Source: Candidatus Marinacidobacterales bacterium
GTDB taxonomy: Bacteria; Acidobacteriota; Vicinamibacteria; Marinacidobacterales; DATDRI01
Reading direction: 5' to 3'
DNA length: 64,000 nucleotides
Assembly: GCA_965219415.1 (NCBI GenBank)
Contig: CBDCNP010000002.1
Coordinates: 5,312,001-5,376,000 of the forward strand
This document shows positions 28,936 through 39,874 of this stretch, piece by piece (positions within the stretch are counted from its first letter, which is position 1; the number at the start of each line of letters is the position of its first letter). Below the pieces are notes generated by a model. That model was not told the origin of the DNA. It was given only the letters and a program-made list of their open reading frames with translations, and searched no databases. A program made the position numbers and the translations under genes.

Positions 28936-30792
28936 CTACCAGGCGATCCCGTAGTCCTCGCCGTGGTGGCTCGATCCACCCCACATGGTTCCGTGCTCCC
29001 AATCGAAGAATATCGCATTGATGGGACCCGACGTCCGCGGCTCAAAGTCCAGGTCGTAGCCCATCTTCTCGAGCTCGGCGCGCACCCAAGGGGACACGGA
29101 GTCATTCAAGGTCAGCCTCCCGGGTTCAGATTCGTGTGCCCCGAAGGAGCTCTGCATCTGAAAGCTCGTGATGTTTGAAGCTTCGGCCGCCTCCTGCACG
29201 TTCATTCCGAACTCCACCATGTTCAGAAAGAACTGCAACAGATTCTGATCCTGCGTATCGCCCCCCTGTACCGCGAACGAGAGGAACGGTTTCCCTTCCT
29301 TGAGCGCTAGGCTCGGCGTCAGGGTCGCTCGTGGCCTTTTCCCGGGCTCGAGCACATTGAAGGGATTCTTTGCCTCGTCGAGAACAAAGCTCTGCATCCT
29401 CTGGCTCATGCCGATACCGGTCTTGCCGGCGATGGCGGCTGGAATCCATCCACCGCTAGGGGTCACCGATACCACCCATCCCTCCTCATCGGCGGCTTGG
29501 ATGGAGGTCGTGCCGGCATAGAAACCCTCTTCGAAGGAACGCGTGTCGGTCGCCGCCGTTACCGGCTGCTCGGTTCCCCACGTGTCCAGGTAATGAAGGA
29601 AGGGGTTTTGTCCCGCTTGAAAGGGATACGGATCTCCCGGTTTGACATTGGGATCGTTTTTCTCCCAATTGATTTGTTTCAGCCTCGCTTTGGCGTACTC
29701 CTTGGAGAGAAGACCCGCAACCGGTTCCTCTGGAGGAAAGTACGGGTCGCCATAATAGAAATCGCGATCGGCGAACACCAAATTCATCACTTGGTAAAGC
29801 GTATGGATGTATCGACTGGAGTTGTAGCCCATCGACTTCACGTCGATGTTCTCGACAAGGTTGAGCGCCTGTAACAGTACGGGTCCCTGAACCCACGTCG
29901 TCAGCTTGTAGACGTCGACCCCTTTGTAAGACGTCTTGACGGGTTCTTCGAGATAAACCTTCCAGTTGGCCAAATCTTCCAAAGTGTGGAGCCCGCCCTG
30001 CTCTTGCGAACCCCGGACGAACTCTTGGGCGATGTCGCCCTTGTAGAATCGATCGTAGGCGGCGTATATGGCCTCTTTGCGGTTCTTACCCGCAGCCAGT
30101 GCTTGATGCTCCGCTTCCACGAGCTTCCGAAGCGTTGCTGCGAGATCGGCTTGCCGAAATGTCTCCCCCGGACGAGGGGCTTCATGCTCGTCACCCAAGT
30201 GGGGCAAGAGAACGTCCCGCGAGTACGGCCACTGCTTGATCCTCTCTTTCTCCTCCTCGATGCTCGCCGACCGCGCTTCCTCGATGGGATAGCCGTCGGC
30301 CAGCTGAATGGCGGGCTCCAAGACGTCCTCGAGACTCAAACGACCGTACTCGGCCAACATGACCAACAGGCCACCCGGTGTTCCTGGAGTGACGGCGGCA
30401 AGCGGGCCGTACTCGGGAGGGTAAGGCATACCCTTCTCGCGAAAAAACTCGGCGGTGGCGCCCGTGGGAGCTACGCCCAAGGCGTTGATGCCATGAACCC
30501 TTTTGCTGTGCGGATCGTAGATGAGGGCTTGCGTTTCCCCGCCCCAGCTTAGTGAATCGAACATCGTGCTAGTGGCGGCTAGCATCGTGCAAGCAGCATC
30601 GACCGCATTGCCACCCCTTTGGAACGTCATCGCGCCGGCGGTGGCCGCCAAAGGCTTGCCGGTAATCGCCATCCAGTGCTTCCCGTGAAGCACCGGTTTC
30701 GCGGTCTCCTCAGAGCCGGCCGCCGCTGAGATCACCAGCAGGCCCGCGGCCATCACGGCAAGCGTCGCCTTTTCTATTTTTTGTGGATGCAT
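28936..30792 (-). CDS. ggt: Gamma-glutamyltransferase family protein (secreted)
   Basis: GGNAVDAA, catalytic TTSI, PGKRPRATLTP and QGGDTQDQ motifs, plus a signal peptide. Confidence 0.9.
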   Translation of the reverse strand: MHPQKIEKATLAVMAAGLLVISAAAGSEETAKPVLHGKHWMAITGKPLAATAGAMTFQRGGNAVDAACTMLAATSTMFDSLSWGGETQALIYDPHSKRVHGINALGVAPTGATAEFFREKGMPYPPEYGPLAAVTPGTPGGLLVMLAEYGRLSLEDVLEPAIQLADGYPIEEARSASIEEEKERIKQWPYSRDVLLPHLGDEHEAPRPGETFRQADLAATLRKLVEAEHQALAAGKNRKEAIYAAYDRFYKGDIAQEFVRGSQEQGGLHTLEDLANWKVYLEEPVKTSYKGVDVYKLTTWVQGPVLLQALNLVENIDVKSMGYNSSRYIHTLYQVMNLVFADRDFYYGDPYFPPEEPVAGLLSKEYAKARLKQINWEKNDPNVKPGDPYPFQAGQNPFLHYLDTWGTEQPVTAATDTRSFEEGFYAGTTSIQAADEEGWVVSVTPSGGWIPAAIAGKTGIGMSQRMQSFVLDEAKNPFNVLEPGKRPRATLTPSLALKEGKPFLSFAVQGGDTQDQNLLQFFLNMVEFGMNVQEAAEASNITSFQMQSSFGAHESEPGRLTLNDSVSPWVRAELEKMGYDLDFEPRTSGPINAIFFDWEHGTMWGGSSHHGEDYGIAW

Positions 30793-30998
30793 CTCCCCTC
30801 CTTCCAAAGGACCAAACGCATTGTATCCTGCTCGCCTCTCGACGGCTACACACCTCGAAAGGCCCGCAGCAGCAGCATTTGCGAAGTGGACCCCGATCAT
30901 CTAATCTGGGCGCACAGGGGGGAGCTGCTCCTTGTTTGGATCGGCGTGGGTGGACCGCCGATCGCGTCACGCCGGAGAGTTTACGAGAGCAAGCCCCT

Positions 30999-32768
30999 AT
31001 GGAAACAGAAAACAGGCCAGTCACACCGTCTACAATCGATACCGGCGGCGAAGCGGCCGATAGGTCCGGCTGGACGCGATCGCGCTCCTGGCTGATCCCC
31101 GGGGGACTCCTAGTCCTATGCTTGGTGACCGCGGCTTTTTTCTTTCTGGCCGCTAAACACAAGTACACCGCCACGACCGGAACCACCAATGAGCCGGAGG
31201 CCTTTCAAGGCGGGGTCTTCCGTTTTCCAATCTCTCGACCGGTTCAAACGCTCGATCCAGCGAGGGCGACGAGTGGCAGCGAGATCATGCTGATCCAACA
31301 AATCTACGAAGGCCTCACCGCGTTCGACCAGCATCTGAACATCGTGCCCGCGCTCGCTCGTTATTGGGATATCTCACCGGACGGCAAAACCTATACCTTC
31401 GAGCTCCACCCGGAAGCCCGTTTTCATAACGGTGAGCCGATCACCGCCGAGGATTGTGTCTTCTCTTTCGAGCGACTGCTCACGCCAGGCCTGGACGAGA
31501 CGAACTATCATTACTTCACGCGCATCGTCGGCGCGCAGGACTTTCGAGAAGGCAAAGCGAAAACGGTGGCCGGGCTTCGCGTCATCGACGAGCGCGCGTT
31601 TCAGATCCGTTTCACCACCCCCTTCGTCCCCGCCCTCTCCGTTCTCAGCATGTTACAGCTCGAAGATCTTGCCGAAGAAAGAAGTCCTGAAGAGAGGCGA
31701 GAACTTCTTCAAGGAGCCGATTGGAGCAGGGCCCTTCCGATTCTCGCGCTGGACGAGTCGGGAAGAGGATCCGGCCATACCGGTCATCAAGGGAGTTCCA
31801 CAAGGGATTCGGCTGGACGCGAATCCTCACTATATTGGAGGGCGTCCTCATCTAAATGCCGTCGTCTTCCGCGCCATCGTGAACGCGCGGGACGCAAAGG
31901 AAGAAAAGCCCCTCAACGAGCTCGTCGATTGCATCGAAGCACCGATCGACCGCTACTACGACTGGGTTCGGGTAGAAACCGACAAGCTGCTGGAGCTCAA
32001 CTACTACTATTTTCCGACGCAAGTCGCGCCCTATGACGATTCGCGCGTGCGGCGCGCCATCAATTACGCACTCAACAAACGAGCGCTTCTGGATTCCAGT
32101 CGTTTTACCGCGGGGACTCCGGCCGCGACGGGTATCGTGCCGCCAGGGATCCCAGGATTCTTGCCGATGGGTGCATCCTGGGGACACGACGCTGATAAGG
32201 CGAAGAAGCTCCTGGCGAAGGCGGGTTATCCAGAGGGAAGAAACCTTCCCCCATCAAGACGATCGTCTGTGGACGGGAAGACCCATACTCGACGGCCCGC
32301 AGAGAATGCATCACCAGTTGCCTGTCCAAGATAGGCATTGAGGTAAAACCCCACAAGGTACGCCGATTCCCCTCATTGGACAATCCTATCTTCCAGGAGA
32401 GTCCTTTCCTTCGGTACAACGGATGGATCGCCGACTTCCCGGACCCGGACAACTTCCTGCGCGTCTTGTTCCATTCCACGTCACCCGTCAATCGTTCCGG
32501 CTACAACAACCCTGAGGTGGACAGCCTGCTCGACCTAGCCTGGTCAGAGACCAGCTATAAGGAGCGGAACAATCTCTACCGGCGTATCGAGAAGATGATC
32601 CTTCATGACTCGCCTATCATCCCTCTCGACTACGGTCGGTCCCGCTTTCTGGTTCGTCCCAACGTGCGGGGTTTCTCCCTATCACCGATGGGCTACACCT
32701 ATATCAAGATGAACAAGATCTGGCTCGACGAGTCGGAGACCGAAGAATCCAAGCCCAAGGATCTCTAG
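30999..32768 (+). CDS. Membrane-anchored ABC substrate-binding protein, family 5 (OppA/DppA-like), two frameshifts
   Basis: LDPA, IYEGL, FHNGEPITAED, PIGAGPF, VRRAINYA and WIADFPDPDNF motifs across three ORFs. Shifts at ~31652 and ~32250. Confidence 0.85.
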
Positions 32769-32773
32769 CCCCG

Positions 32774-34348
32774 ATGCTCACTCGTCACCCCTTGAGCTTG
32801 CGGAGCCGCTTCATCCTGAGCTCCACGGTGCTCATCACCCTTCTCATGATCATCGTGGTCTTCTTCGTGGAACGCCGACAGACGGCGGTGATCCTGGATC
32901 AAGTGCGCGAACACGGTGCCGCCCTGGCCAAAGCGGTGGCCGATCTGTCGGTGACTCCCCTCCTCTACTACGACACCGTCGCTCTGCAACAAAACATGAA
33001 AGCGGCGGAAGACCCCGACATCCTCTACGCCATCATCTTCAGTCGCAACGCCAAAGCCCTGGCCTCCAATCAGGACGCCCGGCGCAGCTTCCCCGCAGAG
33101 CTCTTCGAAATGGGTGCCGAAATGGGGCGCATCGAGGAGGGCCGCGTGCTGATGGGATCCTTGACGTTCGAGACGCCGGCATCCAGCGACAATGAGTCGA
33201 TGCAGGAAATCGAGGTCTTGGAGATCGTGGCCCCGATTCTCGCCGGTGAAGACGAGCTTTGGGGAGCGGTGAAGTTAGGGCTATCGCTCGAACAGCTCAA
33301 TGCAGAGATCCATCGCACCCGAATCGGCCTGGTGAGCCTCGGCTTCCTGGGGCTCGCCTTGGGCACCTTGGGAGCCATGTTCCTAGCCAAAAGGATCAGC
33401 AGCCCACTCGAAACCCTCGTGGAAGGAACGATCAAGGTCGCGCAGGGTGACCTGAACCACCGCATCCACATCGCCCCGGGGGATGAGATCGGAGAGCTCG
33501 CCGCGAACTTCAACCAAATGACCGCTCAGATTCTGGAAGACCGGCGTGAGATCGAAAGGACCTCCCGGCGACTCATCGAAGTCGAAAAACTGGCAACCAT
33601 CGGTCGACTGGCGGCCGCCATGGCGCACGAGATCCGGAACCCGTTGACCGCTATCAAACTCAACATCCAAAAGGTCGGCAAGAGTCCCTCGCTCGCCGCC
33701 CACGAGAAAGAGCAGGTCCAAATCGCGGAGAGCGGCATTCATCAAGTCGAACGAATCGTGAAGGAACTACTGGCCTATGCCCGAGAACCGATCCTCACCA
33801 AGGACTTCTTTTCCTTGGACAACCCCGTGGACGACGCTCTCAAGTTCGTCAAGGATCAACTCGAGGATAAGAACGTCCGCATCGTCAAGGAGTACGCTTC
33901 CGATCTACCGCTCATCCTTGTCGACGGTGACAAGCTACGCCAAGCCTTCTTGAACATTTTTCTCAATTCCGCCGAGGCTGTGGGAGCGGGAGGCAAAGTC
34001 GTGGTCAGGACCGCCCTGCTTCCAGAGCCGCCAGAGACGTCTGCAACCGAAGGCGGGGAGAAACCACGTGTGATGGTTGAAATTGAGGATGACGGAGCGG
34101 GCATCGATGAAAAGGAACTCCAGTCTATTTTCGAGCCGTTTTTCACGACCAAGAGCCTCGGGACCGGCCTCGGGCTCACCAACGCGCGCAAGGTCATCGA
34201 GCTCCACGATGGGACGGTCGCTGTAAAGAGTACGGTCTCGGTGGGTACTACCGTGACCATCAACTTGTCCTACGAGGACGTCCAACCGACAAGCCACAAA
34301 CCGGGCGTGGCGACGAAAGATTCCCATGAAGTCCATCCTAGCCATTGA
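32774..34348 (+). CDS. Sensor histidine kinase (2 TM, HAMP, HisKA, HATPase)
   Basis: AHEIRNPL, DDGAGI and FFTTKSLGTGLGL motifs. Confidence 0.95.
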   Translation: MLTRHPLSLRSRFILSSTVLITLLMIIVVFFVERRQTAVILDQVREHGAALAKAVADLSVTPLLYYDTVALQQNMKAAEDPDILYAIIFSRNAKALASNQDARRSFPAELFEMGAEMGRIEEGRVLMGSLTFETPASSDNESMQEIEVLEIVAPILAGEDELWGAVKLGLSLEQLNAEIHRTRIGLVSLGFLGLALGTLGAMFLAKRISSPLETLVEGTIKVAQGDLNHRIHIAPGDEIGELAANFNQMTAQILEDRREIERTSRRLIEVEKLATIGRLAAAMAHEIRNPLTAIKLNIQKVGKSPSLAAHEKEQVQIAESGIHQVERIVKELLAYAREPILTKDFFSLDNPVDDALKFVKDQLEDKNVRIVKEYASDLPLILVDGDKLRQAFLNIFLNSAEAVGAGGKVVVRTALLPEPPETSATEGGEKPRVMVEIEDDGAGIDEKELQSIFEPFFTTKSLGTGLGLTNARKVIELHDGTVAVKSTVSVGTTVTINLSYEDVQPTSHKPGVATKDSHEVHPSH

Positions 34349-35696
34349 CGACGATCGACTGATCCGCCAAACCTTCAAGAGCCACCTCTCCGGAGAGGGT
34401 TTCGAGGTTCACCTCGCCGCCGATGGCAAAGAGGGCGTAGAGCGATTCAAGGATTTAGAGCCGGATCTGGTAATCCTGGACATCCACCTTCCGGAGCTCG
34501 ATGGTCTCGGCGTGCTAAAACAGATCAGGGCGGTCGATCCCAAAGCATACGTCATCATGATCACCGCCTTCGATGATATGCGCACCACGGTCGAGGCGGT
34601 GAAGCTCGGTGCCTTCGAGTACATCTGTAAGCCTATCGACTACGACGAGCTGCTCCTCAGCATCCACAAGGCGATGCGGATGCAGGAAATGGACACCAAG
34701 CTCGATTACATCGTCACCGAGGCCTCTCGGGAGTGGAGTATCGATAACATCATCGGCCGCACATCGCAGATGCGCGAAGTGTTCAAGACCATCGGCATGC
34801 TCTCCCGGAGTAAGACCACCTCACTCATTCGGGGTGAATCCGGAACCGGAAAAGAACTGGTGGCGCGCGCCATCCATTACAACGCCGACAATCGTCACGA
34901 GCCGTTCGTAGCGGTCAACTGCACCGCTTTGGCGGAAGGCGTTCTCGAGAGCGAGCTCTTTGGTCACGTACGTGGAGCCTTCACCGGTGCGGTACGTGAC
35001 AGCCGAGGCAAGATCGAGATTGCCGGCAACGGAACCCTCTTCCTCGACGAGATCGGCGACATCTCACCGAACCTTCAGGCCAAATTTCTGAGAGTCGTCG
35101 AGAATCGAGAGTACTCGCGTGTCGGCGGAGAAAAGACCCAGCGTACCGAGGCACGCATCATCGGGGCCACCAATCGAAACTTGGAAGATCTAGTCCGGCG
35201 AGATGCCTTCCGGGAAGACCTCTACTATCGACTCAAGGTGGTAGAAGTCATCCTACCACCGTTGCGAGAAAGGCGCGACGACGTTCCGGCATTAGTGGCC
35301 CACCTGTTGCAGAAGATCAACCGACAACTGCACACCAACGTTCGCAAGGTACCGGACAGCGTCATGCAGCTTCTTGTGAACTACGAATGGAAAGGCAACG
35401 TCCGGGAGCTCGAGAACGCCCTGACCCGAGCCGTCACTTTGTCGCGAGGAGACGTGTTGGTGGGGGAGCATTTGCCGCTGGTCTCTGCGGAGCCCGGCAA
35501 GATTCCCAGCGAGCTCATGTCCCTGAGGGAAATGGAGAAGCAGTACATCGACCACGTGCTGCGCTCCACACGCTGGAACAAGTCGCGAGCCAGTGAGATC
35601 TTGGGGATCACCCGTCCCACCCTCGACAAGAAGATCAGAGACTACGAATTGGTCGACCCCCGAAAGACCGAAGAGGCGCTCTCGGAAAAGCCGTAG
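34326..35696 (+). CDS. NtrC/AtoC-family sigma54 response regulator
   Basis: REC domain, GESGTGKE, GAFTGA and a Fis HTH. Overlaps the kinase stop. Confidence 0.95.
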   Translation: MKSILAIDDDRLIRQTFKSHLSGEGFEVHLAADGKEGVERFKDLEPDLVILDIHLPELDGLGVLKQIRAVDPKAYVIMITAFDDMRTTVEAVKLGAFEYICKPIDYDELLLSIHKAMRMQEMDTKLDYIVTEASREWSIDNIIGRTSQMREVFKTIGMLSRSKTTSLIRGESGTGKELVARAIHYNADNRHEPFVAVNCTALAEGVLESELFGHVRGAFTGAVRDSRGKIEIAGNGTLFLDEIGDISPNLQAKFLRVVENREYSRVGGEKTQRTEARIIGATNRNLEDLVRRDAFREDLYYRLKVVEVILPPLRERRDDVPALVAHLLQKINRQLHTNVRKVPDSVMQLLVNYEWKGNVRELENALTRAVTLSRGDVLVGEHLPLVSAEPGKIPSELMSLREMEKQYIDHVLRSTRWNKSRASEILGITRPTLDKKIRDYELVDPRKTEEALSEKP

Positions 35697-35717
35697 GCGC
35701 GTGGCTCTCCCTCCACA

Positions 35718-36353
35718 TCATTTCTTGATCACCAACATAACGCCGTCCCGGATGGTCAGCAGGACGTGATCCACTCGATCGTCCTTGCTCACTCGCTCGT
35801 TTAGAGTAGCAATGGCACGGGTTTCCTCGTCCTGGGGATCCAGCACTCGGCCGCTCCACAGCACGTTGTCCACCGCGATGGCGCCTCCCGGTCGGAGCCT
35901 CTCCAAACAAAGCTCGTAGTAAGAGGGATAGTTTTCCTTATCGGCATCGATGAAAGCGAAGTCGAAGGGGCCCTCGAGTTTTTCGAGCGTTTCGAGCGCC
36001 GGTCCCATACGGATTTCGATCTTGCTGCCGTGGGGACTCTCTTGGAAATAGCGGCGGGCGAGGGCTTCCGCTTTGGGGTTCACTTCGCACGTGATGAGCT
36101 CACCATCGTCGGGAAGCGCCTCTGCCATCGAGAGTGCGCTGTAGCCGGTGAACATGCCGACCTCGACAATGCGGCGGGCTTGGAACGCTCTCACCATCAA
36201 TCGCAGGAAGCCGCCCTCCAGTCGTCCGGTGAGCATCTCCGGGTCTTTCATCGACCCGTGCGTTTCCTGGGCGAGACGATTCAACAGCTCGGGCTGAGGC
36301 CGAGTGTGATTGGCGGCGTACGCTTCGATCCTCTCGTCTACTAAAGCGATCAT
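35718..36353 (-). CDS. O-methyltransferase (caffeoyl-CoA/catechol OMT family)
   Basis: VEVGMFTGYS, FIDADK and DNVLWSG motifs. Confidence 0.92.
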   Translation of the reverse strand: MIALVDERIEAYAANHTRPQPELLNRLAQETHGSMKDPEMLTGRLEGGFLRLMVRAFQARRIVEVGMFTGYSALSMAEALPDDGELITCEVNPKAEALARRYFQESPHGSKIEIRMGPALETLEKLEGPFDFAFIDADKENYPSYYELCLERLRPGGAIAVDNVLWSGRVLDPQDEETRAIATLNERVSKDDRVDHVLLTIRDGVMLVIKK

Positions 36354-36386
36354 TCCGTGTCCCTCCCAGAGTTGTACTAACTTCTC

Positions 36387-36803
36387 CTAACCAATAATTT
36401 GAATCACATAGTTCCGGCTCCGAGGCCGGGTGTCGAAATCGATAATAACGATCTGTTGCCAGGTGCCTAGGACCAGCCCCCCGTGCTCGAACGGTACGGC
36501 CAGCGAAGGACCAAGAAAGGAAGCACGAATGTGACTGTGGCCGTTGTCGTCGCCCCAGGTCTCATGGTGTCGATATTCGAGCTCTCTCGGCATGAGTCGA
36601 TTGAACGCTGCGTCTAGATCCTTCACCAGGCCGGGCTCGAACTCGACGGTGGTCACGCCGGCCGTCGAACCCGTCACGAACACTGTCGCAACGCCGGTCT
36701 CGATTCCAGCTTCGGCAACCGAGCTCGCGACGTCGGAAGTAATATCGATGACGTGAGTGTTGCCTCGGCTCTCCACAGTTTTTTTGACGCTAACCACCGA
36801 CAT
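36387..36803 (-). CDS. yjbQ: YjbQ/UPF0047 family protein
   Basis: GSTAG, NGHSHIRAS and LGTWQQI motifs. Confidence 0.88.
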   Translation of the reverse strand: MSVVSVKKTVESRGNTHVIDITSDVASSVAEAGIETGVATVFVTGSTAGVTTVEFEPGLVKDLDAAFNRLMPRELEYRHHETWGDDNGHSHIRASFLGPSLAVPFEHGGLVLGTWQQIVIIDFDTRPRSRNYVIQIIG

Positions 36804-36949
36804 TCGTTCCGCTCCTGTGCCGGGAATGGTAACACCAAGTATCCACCCCTTCATCCTTGACTGCGATCTTCCAGGACATTAATTTAGAGGTGTTGGCGCG
36901 CCCGACAGCCCTAACAACCCTGACAAGCCTGACAGGTCGACAGAATCTC

Positions 36950-38098
36950 ATGGACGATCGGGAAACCCTCGAGCTCGCACGCCATCTCGTGCGTATCAAC
37001 TCGGTCAACCCCAAACTCGTGCCCGGAGCCCCGGGGGAACAAGAGATTGCTGGCTTTGTGCACACCTTTCTCGAAGAGCACGGCGTCGAAGCCGAGATGG
37101 TCGAGGTCGAGCCGGCGAGACCGAATGTCGTGGGCCGTCTGCCGGGCGGCGACGATGGGCCCAGTCTTCTATTGTGTTGTCATATGGATACGGTCAGCGC
37201 CGAAGGGATGGAAGACCCGTTCGAGGCGCGGATCGAAGACGGCAAGCTATACGGCCGCGGCGCGCACGATATTAAGGGCGGTCTAGCCGCCTTGCTCGCA
37301 GCAGCTTCCAAGCTTGCCGAGGGCTCTCCAAACGGGGGAGAGATCATTGTCGCCGCGGTCGTCGATGAGGAATATCAATCTTCCGGTACCGAGGCGCTGG
37401 TCAAAACCGTTCAGGCGGACGCCGCGATCGTATTCGAGCCCTCTGACTTGAAGGTCTTGGTTGCCCACAAGGGTTTCGCCTGGTTCCATATCGAAACGCA
37501 AGGAAAAGCCGCACACGGAAGCCGTCCCGCGGAGGGTATCGACGCCATCGCGCACATGGGACGTGTTCTCGTCGGCCTCGAGGACCTCGACCGAAAACTG
37601 CGAGACATTTCGCCTCACCCTCGCCTCGGCACGCCGTCCATCCATGCCTCGCTCATACGAGGCGGTCGGGAGCTTTCCAGCTATCCGGATCGCTGCGGGC
37701 TCGACGTCGAGCGGCGCACGCTCCCCGGCGAGTCAGAAGCCGATGCCGAAACCGAGCTCGACGCTCTGCTCGAGCGACTCCAGCAAGAGGACCCCCGTTT
37801 CAAGGCCGAGTGCAAGCTGACGTTTGCCCGCCCGCCCTACGAGATCTCCACATCCCATGCCCTGCCGCAGGCTGTGGCACGGGCCATCGAGCGCGCAATT
37901 GAGAGAGGAGTCGAGTTCGGCGGACTCACCGCATGGACCGACTCCGCAATCCTAGCGGAGGCGGCGATCCCGAGCGTGATCTTTGGCCCCGGCGGAGCGG
38001 GTCTCCACAGCCTGGTCGAGTATGCGGAGGTCCAAGACATCTACGACTGCCGCGACGTTTTGGTAGAGCTGGCCCAGGAGTATTGCCGAAGGATTTAG
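36950..38098 (+). CDS. M20 family ArgE/DapE-like deacylase
   Basis: HMDTV, GRGAHDIKGG, DEE, AHKG and FGPG..GLH motifs. Confidence 0.9.
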   Translation: MDDRETLELARHLVRINSVNPKLVPGAPGEQEIAGFVHTFLEEHGVEAEMVEVEPARPNVVGRLPGGDDGPSLLLCCHMDTVSAEGMEDPFEARIEDGKLYGRGAHDIKGGLAALLAAASKLAEGSPNGGEIIVAAVVDEEYQSSGTEALVKTVQADAAIVFEPSDLKVLVAHKGFAWFHIETQGKAAHGSRPAEGIDAIAHMGRVLVGLEDLDRKLRDISPHPRLGTPSIHASLIRGGRELSSYPDRCGLDVERRTLPGESEADAETELDALLERLQQEDPRFKAECKLTFARPPYEISTSHALPQAVARAIERAIERGVEFGGLTAWTDSAILAEAAIPSVIFGPGGAGLHSLVEYAEVQDIYDCRDVLVELAQEYCRRI

Positions 38099-39225
38099 CG
38101 GTTCCGCCATTCGTCGTAGAGGGCGATGAACTCCGGATCGCGCTTCTTCAACTTTTCGTAGTCGACCTTCCTGCTGCGGGTCATCAGTTCGTAAGTGAGT
38201 GGGATCGGCTCCAGGTCGCTCTTTTGTTGCGCGTTCTCGAGCCAAACCAAACTGGACTCTGCTGCATTTTGCAAATCTTCGACAACTGGTTTTCGGACGC
38301 TCTGATATTGAGCCAAGGCGCCCGCCACGTCGGTGGTGCCACGAATACAATCGGCGAGAGAGATGGCGTCTTCGAGCGCCAACTTGGTACCGGAACCGAT
38401 CGAGAAATGAGCGGTGTGAGCGGCGTCACCGAGGAGTACCGTGTTTTCGTGAACCCAGTTTTCGTTCCGCACGATGATAAAATTGAGCCACCGTAAGAAG
38501 TTGTTGTGCAGAAGAGGCTCTCCTTCGAGGTCGTCCTTGAAGACTTCTTCCAAGTAACGGCACGTCTGTGCATCGTCCTTGGCTCCGAGGCTCGCCCTTT
38601 CCCATGCCTCTCCCACGCACTCAACGATGAAAGTGCTGTGGGTCTCGTTGAATTTGTAGGCATGGGCGACGAAGAGCCCGGCCTCGTTGGTGCGTAGAAT
38701 CAGCGTCAATCCGTGGAACAGACGCTTCGTACCTAGCCAGATGTATTGGTTCTTCCTTACATCGAGGCTGGGCTTGAAAGTGCTTTCATAAGTCTTCCGC
38801 ACCAAACTATTGGCTCCGTCGGCGGCCACTAACAAGTCACAATCCGCTGCATCGCCCACGTTCGCGATGTTGGTGAGAAACTGCATGTCCACACCAAGGC
38901 CCTTGCAACGTTCTTGGAGAATGTTGAGAAAGGCGACTCGAGCGATACCTGAAAACTGGTTGCCCAAAACTGAGTGCTTCACGCCGCGATGAACGACGTC
39001 CACGTTCGGCCAGGTCTCGAAGGCTCGGGTGATACCTTGGTGAGACTCTCGATCGGCATCTCTTAGGTAAGTCATTGTTTTGTCGGAGAAAACGATCCCC
39101 CAGCCGTAGGTATCGTTGGGCCCGTCGCGCTCGTAGAGCGTGATCTTGTGTCCCGGGTCGAGGTTCTTCATCAGAATGGAGAAGTAGAGGCCGGCGGGCC
39201 CTCCTCCGACGACATTGATCTTCAT
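38095..39225 (-). CDS. FAD-dependent monooxygenase (salicylyl-CoA 5-hydroxylase N-domain-like)
   Basis: GGGPAG, DTYGWGIVFSD and GDAAHTAHFSIGSGTKLALEDA motifs. Confidence 0.88.
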   Translation of the reverse strand: MKINVVGGGPAGLYFSILMKNLDPGHKITLYERDGPNDTYGWGIVFSDKTMTYLRDADRESHQGITRAFETWPNVDVVHRGVKHSVLGNQFSGIARVAFLNILQERCKGLGVDMQFLTNIANVGDAADCDLLVAADGANSLVRKTYESTFKPSLDVRKNQYIWLGTKRLFHGLTLILRTNEAGLFVAHAYKFNETHSTFIVECVGEAWERASLGAKDDAQTCRYLEEVFKDDLEGEPLLHNNFLRWLNFIIVRNENWVHENTVLLGDAAHTAHFSIGSGTKLALEDAISLADCIRGTTDVAGALAQYQSVRKPVVEDLQNAAESSLVWLENAQQKSDLEPIPLTYELMTRSRKVDYEKLKKRDPEFIALYDEWRNR

Positions 39226-39322
39226 CGTCGGATAGTACTCATGGTTCACCGAGAGGGCAATTGAAGTGGTGCAGGGAATCTAATATACAGGTGATCGCTT
39301 AGTACTAAGAGGGAGGATTTCA

Positions 39323-39769
39323 ATGTCGAGCATACCGCCACCACCACCGCCACCGCAGATGTCCCCGCCGACACAGGCTGGTGACCCCGTGCAAGAGGTT
39401 TCGGGCCCAGCCATCGGGCTCTTGATCACAGCGGTCATCGGTGGATTCTTCGCGTTCCTTGGTTTGCTCGCGAATCTACTGGGAGTCAGCCTCGCTACCA
39501 TGATGGCGGGAAGCGCCGAGGAGGAATTCGCTCGGTATCTCTCGGGAGGGTTCGGTATCACTTCGAACGTCCTGTATCTCTTGGTGGCGGGATTTGTCGT
39601 CTACGGGTCCCTCGAGATGAAGAGACTCAGCCAGTACGGTCTCGCCGTCGCGGCCAGCGTCGTCGCAATGGTGCCTTGCGTCAGCCCTTGCTGCATCATC
39701 GGGCTTCCGGTTGGGATTTGGAGCCTGGTAACGCTAACCAAGCCCCACATTAAGGAAGCTTTCCATTAG
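39323..39769 (+). CDS. Small membrane protein with a Pro-rich N-terminus and Cys-rich TM
   Basis: GGAGG RBS, poly-Pro, 3-4 TMs, PCVSPCCIIGLPVGIW. Confidence 0.7.
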   Translation: MSSIPPPPPPPQMSPPTQAGDPVQEVSGPAIGLLITAVIGGFFAFLGLLANLLGVSLATMMAGSAEEEFARYLSGGFGITSNVLYLLVAGFVVYGSLEMKRLSQYGLAVAASVVAMVPCVSPCCIIGLPVGIWSLVTLTKPHIKEAFH

Positions 39770-39780
39770 AACGAAGAGTG

Positions 39781-39856
39781 TCCGCCTTCGCTGAAGCTTC
39801 GGCGGGACCTCGCCGAAGCTGGCTTGGTTGGATTCGTGAAGCCAGCGAAGGCGGGA
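39781..39856 (+). repeat. Intergenic palindromic REP-like element
   Basis: TCCGCCTTCGCTGAAGCTTCGGCG...CGCCGAAGCT...AGCGAAGGCGGGA. A second copy lies at 19396. Confidence 0.7.
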
Positions 39857-39874
39857 GCGCGCATTGAGGCACTA

